Source: Paramoeba atlantica
Lineage: Eukaryota > Protista > Discosea
Length of the DNA stretch: 64,000 bases
NCBI GenBank assembly: GCA_977017575.1
Contig: CDRNVI010000053.1
Location: 880,307 to 944,306, forward strand
Direction of reading: 5' to 3'
Below are positions 19,414 through 30,430 of the stretch, in pieces (within the stretch, counting starts at the first letter, position 1; each line of letters starts with the position of its first letter). Both the position numbers and the translations under genes were made by a program. A model generated the notes under the pieces. It saw only the letters and a program-made list of their open reading frames with translations, made no database searches and was not told the origin of the DNA.

Positions 19414-22400
19414 ATGGCGACTGAAAGCAATCGAGAGCTTTTCTTATCACGCATTTCGAAATCTCGCCCTTTTTTGGGTCTTGATAGCGAAAGCCTTGAT
19501 GTTTGCATCTGCATTTGTGTTGGCGCTCTATCTTCGGACAGTCCCGAAAATCAGAAATCCGTTGCTTTAAATACGCATTTTCTAGGAAGCGCTGCGCAGC
19601 GAACACTAATTGTCCTTTCTTCAACAGAAATGTATCTTTTTTCCGAGTCTGAAACGGATACGATGGACCTTCACAAGGACTATTTTCTTATGGATGATGG
19701 CAACCCTACTCCGAATGTACATTGGCAACCTGTTTCGGATTCTGATGCTTCCCCTACGCTTGAAACTACATTGTCTAAATTTTCCAAAGTAGGATACATC
19801 AAAAAGGAGCTAACTTATCAAGAAGGATATCTTGCTCTTGCTTTTTCACAATTTGTGAACCATCATTTGAAAGCACAGGAAGTCCAGAATTCTGACGCTA
19901 TCGAAGTAACCGTAACAATCGAAGATGTAGCCGCCAAAGTAAGCGAAGTTCTTGTTCGAAAAGACACCAAAGCTGTGGATGCTATGAGAAAAGCAGGATC
20001 GTTTGCCTCTGTCATTACTAAATCCATGATTTTCCCCCGTTTAGATGAAATTTTGTCCAATGACGTTGAAATACCTATGAGTGAGTTCGCACTTCAGATT
20101 GAAGACTGTATTCGACATCCTAATAAAATTTCTGGTCTTGAAAGCTTAATGGCAAAAAACTATGGCATTGCCATTGAGCCTGCGGTTATTAAGGGAGGTG
20201 GCGGACCTCTAAAATTGATATACGATGATCCCATTTCAGACAAGCCCATAGCACCTGGTATTATTATTTCAGCGTACGGAGTTCGCTACATGGGTTACGT
20301 TGGTTACATAGCTCGTAGCTTTTTGTACAACACCACCAAGGCACAGCAGGATGCATATTCGAGTCTGCTGGCACTAATGGATTGGCTTACGAATGCGATG
20401 CGCGTCGGAGAGACGGTAAAAAACATTTACAGCAAAACCCGGACATGGTATGTAGATGCTTATCCTAATCTACATTCCTATTTAGGCCGGTCCTTCGGAT
20501 TTGGTATTGGCCTTGAAATTATGGCGTCAAGTATGGCACTGACCGAACGTAATTCTCGTATTTTAGAAAGCGGAATGACGTTCGCCATTCGGCTAGTACT
20601 TGAAGACGTTGTGAATGAAGGAAAGAAATTTTCTCTTCTACTAGCTGATATGGTACACGTTCGAGCGGAAGAGGATTCAGTGGAGGTCCTAACACAACGT
20701 GCACCATCGGATCTTCGTGATGTTGTGCGCCAAATTGGAGACGACAGTTCTTCCGAAAGTGAGGCTGGAGAGGAGCCAGCCCCAGAAGGAATTGCTCTAA
20801 GGCTTCGAAACTCCGGCCGCAATAGTGGTGCAGCATTGCAACAGGAAACCTTGCGGAAGGAACAGCAACGGAAGATAATGGAACAACGGCGCCGTGACGC
20901 GGAAGAACAACAGGGTCAACAAGTGAAAAAGGAAGAAAAGGATTTTACGGAGATTGCAAAATTGGCGAAGGGTGATTTGAAACCTCTTACCAATGCCAAT
21001 GAATCATATCTTTCTTCGTTCGCTTCTCGTTATGGTTGTGGAATTCATATTGATCAAAGTCGAGAACTGATTCTTTTGCCAGGTCTCATAAATCCGCATA
21101 CTTTGACTCCCATTCATTTATCAATGATACGAACAGTCGAGTCGAAAGCAGAAGGTTCAGATTTCACACTGCTTCGCCTGCAATTTCATGCCCTTCAAGA
21201 TACCAATGCCGCATATAGGTGCAATAAGAACTCTACTTTCTTGCGCGAAATTTCATACCGAATTAAAAAAGGAGTTGAAGCTGGCAACATTGCACGAGAA
21301 ATTAAGACTATTCAAACGTTAATTAAGCAACGTGAGACGGCCCGTAAAGCTCAAGGCGACGTTATTGATCAGCAGGGTCTAGTAATGTCTCGCACACTTG
21401 ACAAAATTCTCAAAGATGTGAAATGCTACCCGAATCCTCGTGTTTCATCTACCGGACGGAGCACTGGGGTTCCCATAGCTGGCCACTTGGAGGTACATGT
21501 AAACGGTACTCGCTATGTTCAACGTGACTCGAACCCTCTTATTATTTTGTTTAACAATGTAAAAACATGCATTTTCCAGCCCTCTGAAAATGATCCCAAA
21601 GTTCTTCTTCATTTTCACTTGAAGCAGCCAATACAAGTCGGAAAACGCAAGACGGTGGACGTCCAGTTTTATTTGGATGTCTCGGATGAAAGTGATGTCG
21701 CACATTATGGACACACTCGATGGGAAGATGAAGTTGAACAGGAAGAGCACGAACGACAGCGCATATCTCGTCTAAATTCTGAGTTTCTTCATTTTTCAAA
21801 AAAGCTAGAAACTGCACTGCAACGGCGCGTCGAGACACCTTTACGTAAATTTCACTTCTTTGGCACGCATGACAAGGCTATGGTAAAATTCAAAGGCTCG
21901 GAACGCACCCTATTTAGCCTTTGTGAAGCCCCCGTTTTTGTACAAGTCATGCAGGACGTTCAAATTGCCGTATTCGAACGCGTTACAGATATGAAGCGAA
22001 GTTTTGACGTGACTTTTATTCGCAACAATTACACTACTGTGACGATTAATAACATTGAATTCAAACTCCTTGACAAAGTAAAAGATTGGTTAAACGAGGC
22101 AAAAGTGAAGTACTACGAGATGGGAGTCAATCTTATGTGGAAATCAATTCTGGGTGATATTAAGGACGATCCAGAATGGGATCCTTGGGGCCATGAAGGA
22201 TGGGATTACATTTTAAATGATGATGGGGACGGAAGTGACGACGATAGCGACGAGGGTATGGACAGCGACTCCGAGTACGTTTACAGCGAAGATGACAGCG
22301 ATACCTCAGACGACAGCATTGATTCCAAATTAGTGAGTGAGGAAAGTTCGGAATATGAGCCTTCCTCTGAGGCTACGGAAGACAGTGAGGAGGGGATGGA

Positions 22401-22542
22401 TTGGGACGACTTGGAGCGCAGAGCAGCTTCGGAGGATAGACAACGTGGGAATGAGTCAGATGACTCCCGGCGAGCGAAAAAACGGTCTCGGGAGAAGGAT
22501 CGGAGTGTTAGATCAGGTAAGAATAAAGGTCCGAGTCGGTGA
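19414..22542 (+). CDS. SPT16: FACT complex subunit SPT16
   Basis: Aminopeptidase-P-like N domain, middle/PH region (GHLEVHVNG, FQPSE, LLHFHLKQPIQVGKRKT.DVQFY, FERV) and long acidic C-tail. Confidence 0.92.
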   Translation: MATESNRELFLSRISKSRPFLGLDSESLDVCICICVGALSSDSPENQKSVALNTHFLGSAAQRTLIVLSSTEMYLFSESETDTMDLHKDYFLMDDGNPTPNVHWQPVSDSDASPTLETTLSKFSKVGYIKKELTYQEGYLALAFSQFVNHHLKAQEVQNSDAIEVTVTIEDVAAKVSEVLVRKDTKAVDAMRKAGSFASVITKSMIFPRLDEILSNDVEIPMSEFALQIEDCIRHPNKISGLESLMAKNYGIAIEPAVIKGGGGPLKLIYDDPISDKPIAPGIIISAYGVRYMGYVGYIARSFLYNTTKAQQDAYSSLLALMDWLTNAMRVGETVKNIYSKTRTWYVDAYPNLHSYLGRSFGFGIGLEIMASSMALTERNSRILESGMTFAIRLVLEDVVNEGKKFSLLLADMVHVRAEEDSVEVLTQRAPSDLRDVVRQIGDDSSSESEAGEEPAPEGIALRLRNSGRNSGAALQQETLRKEQQRKIMEQRRRDAEEQQGQQVKKEEKDFTEIAKLAKGDLKPLTNANESYLSSFASRYGCGIHIDQSRELILLPGLINPHTLTPIHLSMIRTVESKAEGSDFTLLRLQFHALQDTNAAYRCNKNSTFLREISYRIKKGVEAGNIAREIKTIQTLIKQRETARKAQGDVIDQQGLVMSRTLDKILKDVKCYPNPRVSSTGRSTGVPIAGHLEVHVNGTRYVQRDSNPLIILFNNVKTCIFQPSENDPKVLLHFHLKQPIQVGKRKTVDVQFYLDVSDESDVAHYGHTRWEDEVEQEEHERQRISRLNSEFLHFSKKLETALQRRVETPLRKFHFFGTHDKAMVKFKGSERTLFSLCEAPVFVQVMQDVQIAVFERVTDMKRSFDVTFIRNNYTTVTINNIEFKLLDKVKDWLNEAKVKYYEMGVNLMWKSILGDIKDDPEWDPWGHEGWDYILNDDGDGSDDDSDEGMDSDSEYVYSEDDSDTSDDSIDSKLVSEESSEYEPSSEATEDSEEGMDWDDLERRAASEDRQRGNESDDSRRAKKRSREKDRSVRSGKNKGPSR

Positions 22543-23000
22543 TGATGATCTCTAGACCACATCTCTGTTCAAACGATATTGTAGTGTTGTTTTTTATTAT
22601 CCACACATCTTTGTTGCATTTTACATCTTTTGTAGGATTTCAATGTTTCGTACCTTTGAAAATACTTTTCGTATTTCTCATATGACTTTAAACAATATTG
22701 CGGATTACAAATATTTTGGGATATCACAACAGAGCAAGTCTGTTTTTTTATTCGGAACTAATTTTTACGTTGCACTTCGTACCTGTAGTCTTTAAAAGTT
22801 ATTACTATGAATAAAGTTCGTTTTCTTCTACACTCCTTTAGTTGATTATACATTGTAGATTTCACAATATCAAACTTCGTATGAAGTTTATTCAAGAACG
22901 TCGCTCGAAAAGTTTTTTACGGTTCTGTACCTCTACTTATAGATATGTACAATTCTTGCTTCTAGCATTTTCTACTTTGCCATTCATATTTCTTTAGTTA

Positions 23001-23363
23001 ATGCTTCGTCGAACGTTTCTTGGCCGTTTTCAGATGAATAAAGGTCCTCAGTACCCAGGACCTACTCTTGCGGGCTGGGGAAGAACTACTCAAAAACGTC
23101 GACTTGAATATGAAACCACAGAGAGCCGAGTTCACAAGCGAATGTGCGCCCCAGGAACGGAACTTGCAGGTTATGAAAGTCGAACCACAGATTATATGGA
23201 AATGCGTGTTTGGTCAGGATGGCCTGGTCGTATCGGACTTTGGCTTACAAATTTTTCAAAACACTATGCATTAATGTTTCTTCCTGGATGTGGTCCTCTT
23301 TTTTTGGTATACTATGGTGCGTATAAATATGACCAAGCTATGCAACGCTGGGCATGGTGGTGA
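23001..23363 (+). CDS. Small putative mitochondrial membrane protein (possibly QCR8-like)
   Basis: MLRR-type presequence and one hydrophobic segment near the C-terminus. The QCR8 resemblance is weak. Confidence 0.6.
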   Translation: MLRRTFLGRFQMNKGPQYPGPTLAGWGRTTQKRRLEYETTESRVHKRMCAPGTELAGYESRTTDYMEMRVWSGWPGRIGLWLTNFSKHYALMFLPGCGPLFLVYYGAYKYDQAMQRWAWW

Positions 23364-23806
23364 GCGATTTGAAACTGTGGCCATGTTTTTAAGGTTTTAT
23401 GTGAACGTAATCTTATATACTATCTGTCCACATTCATTATTTATTTGTTTCACTCACGCACAGCATTTTTTATACACTATGTATAAACAGGTAAATGCAT
23501 GAACCACATATTTTAAGTTTTCCTTGGATTTTTTTGTGAAGTCACCTAGTACTGATTTTGCATATTTTTTCAACTGAAATTTCTGAATATTACCTTCCTT
23601 TCGTGTTGCGTACTCATTTATATTTATGTACGCATTCGTGTATACATAACTAGATTGTGTAGCGCATTTCATATAAACAGAAATATACGTTACATACGAT
23701 ATAAACAAAACATATTCTTACGTTTTTATCCATAATTACATCTTATAAACTTTTATAAACACACAAACTCTTTTTTTAGAAGCTTAGTTTTCTGCACTGT
23801 GTTTAA

Positions 23807-24166
23807 ATGACTGATCCATATACTAGAGAGGATGACTTACGTTATCAGCGCTTTTGTTCTATCCCAACTCAGGAACTTACAAGAGAGCAAAGGAATGAAT
23901 TCGCGCACCTGAAAAATAAGCATGAGCGCTTCGTGAAACGAGGTCTCCGCATTTTGAGAACTCGTACAAGGAAACACAGTTCTCATTATCCGCTTGAAGA
24001 ATCACTTTCGGCGGGTCATATTCATTCACAAAAGCCTGTGCGGTCTGATAGAGGGTCACATTTGGGGTCTCCTTTGGGTATCTTTACAGCACTCTGGAAG
24101 TCTTTTCGTCATTTTTGCGAACAGCAAAAATCCTCTAAAGTCACTTCTGATCGTAAAAATAGATGA
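23807..24166 (+). CDS. Hypothetical basic protein
   Basis: 119 aa ATG ORF between AT-rich spacers on the cluster strand. Confidence 0.5.
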   Translation: MTDPYTREDDLRYQRFCSIPTQELTREQRNEFAHLKNKHERFVKRGLRILRTRTRKHSSHYPLEESLSAGHIHSQKPVRSDRGSHLGSPLGIFTALWKSFRHFCEQQKSSKVTSDRKNR

Positions 24167-24504
24167 GCTTTCGTTTGTGTTTGAAGTTACGCCTCAGTCG
24201 TGTGTATTTCCAGTGTTCTTGTTATTTCGTATATTAAATCTTTTTGTTCTTGTGCATACGTAGAAATAGAATCTGATCCACTGGAAATCATGGAATTTGA
24301 AACACACATTTTATAGCATAGAAAAATGAAGGAAACGCTAACGAAATGCTTATACGCTTTTTTTTATTGGTTGATGGAAAACTTGCTCAATTTTAGTTCA
24401 TGATTAATCCGTGTAAACATTTATGTGTGCTTATACGTGTATGAGCATGTATCTAGGTTTTTTTGCCTATTAAACCGTACTCTTGGTATAATTTATCTCA
24501 CTTT

Positions 24505-24813
24505 ATGTTGCGTTCTCGTGTTCTTCAGGTTGGGGTGGAAGGTGGCGTTCCTTTGAGCGTTATTCACGACTCAAAATACTTAGCGCACCGCCTCAGGACC
24601 TTAGGACAAAGCGAAAAAACTTGGAAACCATCTTTACTAACAGACGAAGAAGTGCAACGGTTGGCAATCTCAACACATTCTCCAGAGAGCTACTTTAACA
24701 AAAAGCGCGGAGTAACCGACCCAGAGTGGGTTGTACGAGAAGATATCGAGGCTAAACATAGTCCCACACGCTACGGAGATTGGGAGAAGAATGGAAGATG
24801 TATCGATTTTTAA
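24505..24813 (+). CDS. SDHAF4: Succinate dehydrogenase assembly factor 4 (Sdh8/DUF1674)
   Basis: C-terminal PTRYGDWEKNGRCIDF signature; MLRSR presequence from ATG 24505. Confidence 0.9.
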   Translation: MLRSRVLQVGVEGGVPLSVIHDSKYLAHRLRTLGQSEKTWKPSLLTDEEVQRLAISTHSPESYFNKKRGVTDPEWVVREDIEAKHSPTRYGDWEKNGRCIDF

Positions 24814-25785
24814 TCATCTCTATTTGTGATAGAGACGATAGCACCTCGATTGCCTCAACCGACACGTAGAGTATACCAACGCAAATTAATGCAATAATTA
24901 GTTTTTCAATATATTCCGCACTAAGTAACGTTATTTCCTAATTGTTGCGTGGACGATAGTCACTGAAAGGATATACAGTATGCAAAAAAACTGTTCACAT
25001 GTTTGACACTTTTTTGTTGTTGGTATTTCCCTGTGGCCAGGTGTCGTGTGCATTGAAGTAGTATAACAGAGTAGTGTACGCGTGGGTACTAGGTATATGT
25101 TGCCATAGAGCTTCCGACTCAATCGGCTTTGTAACAAAAGTGTGATCATATGCAAGTAAAGAAAAACATGTGAACAGTTTTTTGCAATTTCGAGGTAAGA
25201 TTTTTTAGGCGAAAAACACAATTTACTGATGCATAAAAACGAAGTATGTACCTTCAAATGAATACTAGCGTAACTCTTTCTTGTGTCTTGATTGATGTCT
25301 ATATGCGCCTACGCATGCTGTCGACCAAGGAATGGCTTAACCTTGTGGTATGCTTGCTCATTCCTATTTGACCTGACTTTAGAGCTCCAGAACACCTGTG
25401 AATCGAGTTGCGCGACTCGCAATTGTTCTTTTTGAATGTTCTCTGCATGTGTTCTGGGGCTCCGAGGTGCGCCTAATGGGCTGTACATTCAAAAATCTTG
25501 TAAATCTCATTAACAGAGAAGATCTTCGTCAACTTGCGACGCGAGCTCTCCTCCCCCGTTCATCTCTGGCAAATTCAGACCCCCATGTAATCCACTCATT
25601 TTGAGCGGCTAATGGCATAGTGTGGCATTATTCTTCATTATTATCGTATGAAAAATCAACGAACAGTTCAGTATTCGTGTACGTACATACATGTACATAG
25701 AATCTTACATACCATGGCATCTTTTCACTGTAACGCAAAAATGACCTTCAAATATAGTTTTTTTGTGCTTGTCCTTACTTCACCA

Positions 25786-26994
25786 ATGTCAACCGACGCT
25801 TCGAGCGCTCCAGCTACCCAAAGCGACGACTTTCTAATTACCACCACCGGTGGCTCCATGGTCTCCAGCCTTTGCTTCGCGGAACCACCCGGGATGCCCT
25901 CCGTCATGGCCTACACCACCTGGGACGGTTCCGTCTCCGTATGGAGTCTCTCCACCACAACCAACTCCCTCGGTGTCGTCACCTCCCTTACCCCCTCCCC
26001 ACTATGGGAACTTCCCACCCCCACAGGCTCCTCCCCCAGCAACACTGAACTCCTCTCCACGCCGCTCTCCTCCTCCCCCTCCGTCCCCTCCTCTCTCCCC
26101 TCCACCGTCACATCCACACTCGGCGCTACCACGCCCCCACCCACACCCTCCCCCTCCCCCTCCCCCTCCCCTCTGCTGTGCTCCACCCTCACCCCCGCGG
26201 GCCATCTCTACCTCGGCGGCTGCAGTCACTACGTCCACCAGTACAACCTGGCGGCCCCTGACTGTACCCCTACGGTGGTGGCCCAGCACGACGCCCCGGT
26301 CCGCAGCCTGGCCTGGATCCCCCAGGTCGGGCTTCTCGTCACCGCGGGGTGGGACGCCCTTGTGCGGTTCTGGGACACCCGGCAGTCGCGTCCCACCGCG
26401 GAGGTGCGCTGCCCGGGTCCCATCCACGGGATGGACTTCTCGTTGGCCCCGAAAGCGGCGATTCTGTGTGCGCGCCGGGTGTTGCTGTATAACATGGTGT
26501 CGATGGGGATTGCGGCGGAGCTGGAACCGTACACGGCGGTGCGTCACCAGATGCGGTGTGTGGCGTTGTCTCGGGATGGGGAGGCGGTTGCGGCGGGGAG
26601 TGTGGATGGGAGGGTTATGGTGAAGTTTATCGACCCCTCCCAGGAGAAGAAAACGTTTAGTTTTAGAGCCCACGCGGATCCGGGTCGTGGGGAGGGGGTT
26701 TATCCGGTGAATAGTGTACAGTACCACCCACTGGGTACGCTGCTCACCGCAGGGTCGGACGGGGTTGTGAAATGTTGGGATGTGGAAGAGCGCAAAGAGT
26801 GCTCCTGCTTCCGTCTCGGGTACCTACCTATCTCTTGCGCGCAACTGAACACAAGTGGGACGCTTCTTGGGTTTGCGCTCAGTTATGACTGGACCCGAGG
26901 GGCTCAGCACTATTCCCCGTCCCGTGTGGGAGGGGTGGTGGTCAAGGCCCTCTCTCCCAAGTACGTGAATAAGTATAACGCGGCGAAAAGATAG
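25786..26994 (+). CDS. RAE1: mRNA export factor RAE1/Gle2 (WD40)
   Basis: WD repeats, TFSFRAH, YPVNSVQYHP.GTLLTAGSDG and SYDWTRG (Rae1-type rather than Bub3). Start at 25786 inferred. Confidence 0.85.
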   Translation: MSTDASSAPATQSDDFLITTTGGSMVSSLCFAEPPGMPSVMAYTTWDGSVSVWSLSTTTNSLGVVTSLTPSPLWELPTPTGSSPSNTELLSTPLSSSPSVPSSLPSTVTSTLGATTPPPTPSPSPSPSPLLCSTLTPAGHLYLGGCSHYVHQYNLAAPDCTPTVVAQHDAPVRSLAWIPQVGLLVTAGWDALVRFWDTRQSRPTAEVRCPGPIHGMDFSLAPKAAILCARRVLLYNMVSMGIAAELEPYTAVRHQMRCVALSRDGEAVAAGSVDGRVMVKFIDPSQEKKTFSFRAHADPGRGEGVYPVNSVQYHPLGTLLTAGSDGVVKCWDVEERKECSCFRLGYLPISCAQLNTSGTLLGFALSYDWTRGAQHYSPSRVGGVVVKALSPKYVNKYNAAKR

Positions 26995-27248
26995 TGAATT
27001 CGAGCTTACTTTTGGGACGATGACAAGGTGGATGGGAGATTTTCGGGTTTCTGTTGACCTTGATTACAGTTAACGTAGATGGTGTTTTATAACGAATTTA
27101 CATGAATGCCTCAATCTTTTTTCGTTGGTTGTGTTTTCGAAAATGTTACTTAAGTATTTAAAGATTTATTATCACCTAAGAACCTTCATATTAGAGTAAC
27201 TTTTTTTTCTGGATCTTATTCGTTCTTTGGTCTTTTTTTCTTTTACGT

Positions 27249-29252
27249 ATGCGCCGAGCAATCATTTTTGGTGTGCGCCCAAGCGCTCAAGAGATTTCCT
27301 CTCTCCCCTTTCGAATGGAATTTTCAGATCAAAGCAATTCTTTTTTTGAATTCACAGTTGACGCTTCCTCTTGCTATCAAGTACCACGGGAACTCTGGGG
27401 CAAGCGATTGCACTGGGCTATGCCTAGCTCATCCAAGATTGAGCATTCCGAAAATGAAAATGACGAATTACATTCGGAGGGTAGTACCAAGCGTGTTCCT
27501 CGAGTTCTCGTAGTTGGTGCTGGAGGCATTGGGTGTGAGCTACTTAAGACGCTTCTTCTTTGTGGCATCCGTAACATCGAGGTGGTTGACATGGACACAA
27601 TTGATGGGTCCAATCTTAACCGTCAGTTTTTATTTACTTTGGACGATGTCGGCAAATCCAAGAGTGAGGTTGCATCCCAAGTACTTTCCGATGGATACAA
27701 TGCGTTCCAATATACACAATCAAAAGAATCATTTCCTTCCGTATCTATTATCGCCCATGTTGGTAATATTACCGACACTAGTAAGTTTTCAAAATCTTTT
27801 TTTGAAGCTTTCGACGTCGTTTGTTGTGGTCTTGATAATGTCGCTGCTCGCAAGCATGTCAACCGTATGTGTTTTCGTTCGGGTGTTCCTCTCGTAGAGA
27901 GCGGCACCATGGGTTTCAACGGGCAAGTACAGCCCATACAATTTAGGCACACAGAGTGCTATGATTGTCATCCCAAGCCTTCAGGTATTCCCTCTTTCGC
28001 TGTTTGCACCATACACGCACGTCCCACTACCATGATACATTGTGTACATTACGCTAAGGAGCTTTTTGCACGGTTGTTTGGAGCATCAGGTTTTGGAGAA
28101 AGCGACTTGGAGATTGATTCAAATACTCGAGCGGACGCAGATTTACTTTTTGGTTTTATTCATAATAAAAAGATTCGCGAATTGGCTACAAAATCTTCTT
28201 CGTTTCCAAGAGGTGTTCCTCGTCCAGTGGATCTGAAAGAGAACACTGAATCTGTCGTTCATACATTAGGATCTCAATTCCTAAGTGCCTTTCGCAACCT
28301 CCAGAAACGGGATGGTCCTTTCGCATTTGATAAAGACGATCCCGTAGCTTTAGACTTTGTTTACTCCGTATCTAACCTTCGAGCTTATATCTTTCGTATT
28401 GAGCTCGAAAGTATTTCTCGCATTCAGGCTATAGCAGGTAATATTGTTCCTGCAGTAGCAACATCTAACGCAATTGTCGGAGCTATGGTTGTCACACAAG
28501 CGCTTCGATATTTAAATATGACTTTGGCACAAGATCCCTGTTTTGTTCACCTTCGTCAATTTCCTTTGATTCGCCGAAGAAAATTCTCTTGGATTCCTAA
28601 TCTTCATTTGGAACCGGGTCGGAAAAATCGCTGTTGTCACGAATCGTATCTAATGCATAGCCACCCTACTGGTCTTCCCGTACCCCACTGCCTCACTTGC
28701 TCTTCTCATCGAGGATACGCATCTCTTTATATTAACACGTGTGAGACGACGCTAGGTAGCGTAGTACGTAACGTTCTCCAAGGTGAGATGGGCCTCTCAG
28801 ACATCTGCATCGATTTAGGTTCTTCTACATTATATGAATCGGGCGAGTTCGAATCTCTTGTCAATGTTCACTGGAGTCATTGGACATTTCCAAAGTCTTC
28901 TCAGCCAAGTAGATTGCCCAATGATGGTAATTCAAACATTGTTGGAGATCAGATTGTTCCCAAGAACTTAGAGCTTACTATCACGGATACAAATCAAGAT
29001 TTGCAGTGGAAACTTGCTTTATTTCACGCCGATCGTCTTGAGAACGATCGTATGTTTGACTTACTTGTACACAATGATGCTCAAGCGAATGCATCGCGTG
29101 TACCGAATTCTAACTTTCATTCTCATAACTCTACGCTTGTAGAACAAAGCAAAAACAGTGATGATGTTACATCTTACCACCCCAAGCATGCTGCAAAACG
29201 ATCTAGGGAAAATTCACATTCTGATGAACCTTCACCTCTAACTTTGGAGTAA
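27249..29252 (+). CDS. UBA2: SUMO-activating enzyme subunit 2 (E1)
   Basis: VVGAGGIGCELLK, DMDTIDGSNLNRQFLF, CYDC, active-site CTIHARPTTMIHC and AGNIVPAVATSNA. Start uncertain. Confidence 0.87.
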   Translation: MRRAIIFGVRPSAQEISSLPFRMEFSDQSNSFFEFTVDASSCYQVPRELWGKRLHWAMPSSSKIEHSENENDELHSEGSTKRVPRVLVVGAGGIGCELLKTLLLCGIRNIEVVDMDTIDGSNLNRQFLFTLDDVGKSKSEVASQVLSDGYNAFQYTQSKESFPSVSIIAHVGNITDTSKFSKSFFEAFDVVCCGLDNVAARKHVNRMCFRSGVPLVESGTMGFNGQVQPIQFRHTECYDCHPKPSGIPSFAVCTIHARPTTMIHCVHYAKELFARLFGASGFGESDLEIDSNTRADADLLFGFIHNKKIRELATKSSSFPRGVPRPVDLKENTESVVHTLGSQFLSAFRNLQKRDGPFAFDKDDPVALDFVYSVSNLRAYIFRIELESISRIQAIAGNIVPAVATSNAIVGAMVVTQALRYLNMTLAQDPCFVHLRQFPLIRRRKFSWIPNLHLEPGRKNRCCHESYLMHSHPTGLPVPHCLTCSSHRGYASLYINTCETTLGSVVRNVLQGEMGLSDICIDLGSSTLYESGEFESLVNVHWSHWTFPKSSQPSRLPNDGNSNIVGDQIVPKNLELTITDTNQDLQWKLALFHADRLENDRMFDLLVHNDAQANASRVPNSNFHSHNSTLVEQSKNSDDVTSYHPKHAAKRSRENSHSDEPSPLTLE

Positions 29253-30430
29253 TTGCAATGCGATGAGTTATAAAAATGAATATTTTTGAGTTTTACGCCT
29301 ATTCTTTCGTATTATTTTATAAACCCCCCCGACGGTTATTGTTCACATTTTTTATTGTTCACAATTTTTTGAAATGACCTTGGTGGATCACCGTCTTGAT
29401 TTGCAAAATCTTTTTGAATTGCAGAAGGAATTTCGGTCAAAGGGAACCGGTTTTGCGCCAAAAAAAAATATCTAAAAAATTGCCAAGAAGTTTTACTTTT
29501 TTTTCTTCTTTTCTCATCACTAATTGAATTTTCTACTTTACTCAGGGCTCAAGGCTTTTAGCACACTCTACACGTTGGTATACAAACTTGTGGTCCAATA
29601 GTCATTGTATAATGTCCCTTTCGCTTATCGCCGCCGAAACTGTGTATGACCAGTTGTCGGTACAAGAAAAATCAGTACAATGCCGACAATTTATGTCCAA
29701 AGTAGCCAAAAAGATGGAAAAGTATTAGATAAACTGAAGTATTTGCTTCAAAATGACTCTTTAGAATAATTATGACTCTTTTTCCAAACAAATTATCTTT
29801 TGGCACAAAACAGGTTCCCTTTCACCGGAATTTCATCGAGAAACTTCAAGGGAAATAACATATTGTGTTGTTCCGAGCGACGGTGAAGCAAGCTCTGTTT
29901 CAGCGGACGCGTTGTCAGATGATGATTCTTCCAATATTAGCACAAGTGATGCTACACTCAACGAAGCAAGATCTGAGGAAAATTCTTCTTCAGAAGCTGC
30001 CCTTAATATGTCCCCCATTCCAACTCCTGTACAAAAGCAAGTTCGGGGAAGTCGAAAATTGTTAAGAGGCACCGATACACGAAGCTTTGTTAGACGGGAC
30101 ATTCCAAACAAGGTCAAAGATAAAATCTTACGAAAGTGAAACGACCTGGATCAGGAGGACAGAAAATCCATAGCCAGGCTACAAGCATGGGTTCGAAATA
30201 AGTGGAAAGGTCTGTATTCTGTTCATCGAAAGGAGCCAATTGCGCGTTGGGAAAGTTCTCTGTCAGAAGTGCGCACTCAGAAGGGCTTGCGAAAATGACC
30301 TCCTCTAGAAAACTGTCGCCTTTGAAAATTCATTGAAAGTCCTTTGTAGAGGCGAAGCGCGCTTCTGGAGAGTTTGTAAGCCCCGCTATAGTTCATGAGG
30401 AAGCAATAAGAGCCCTGTTAGACCCTGATA

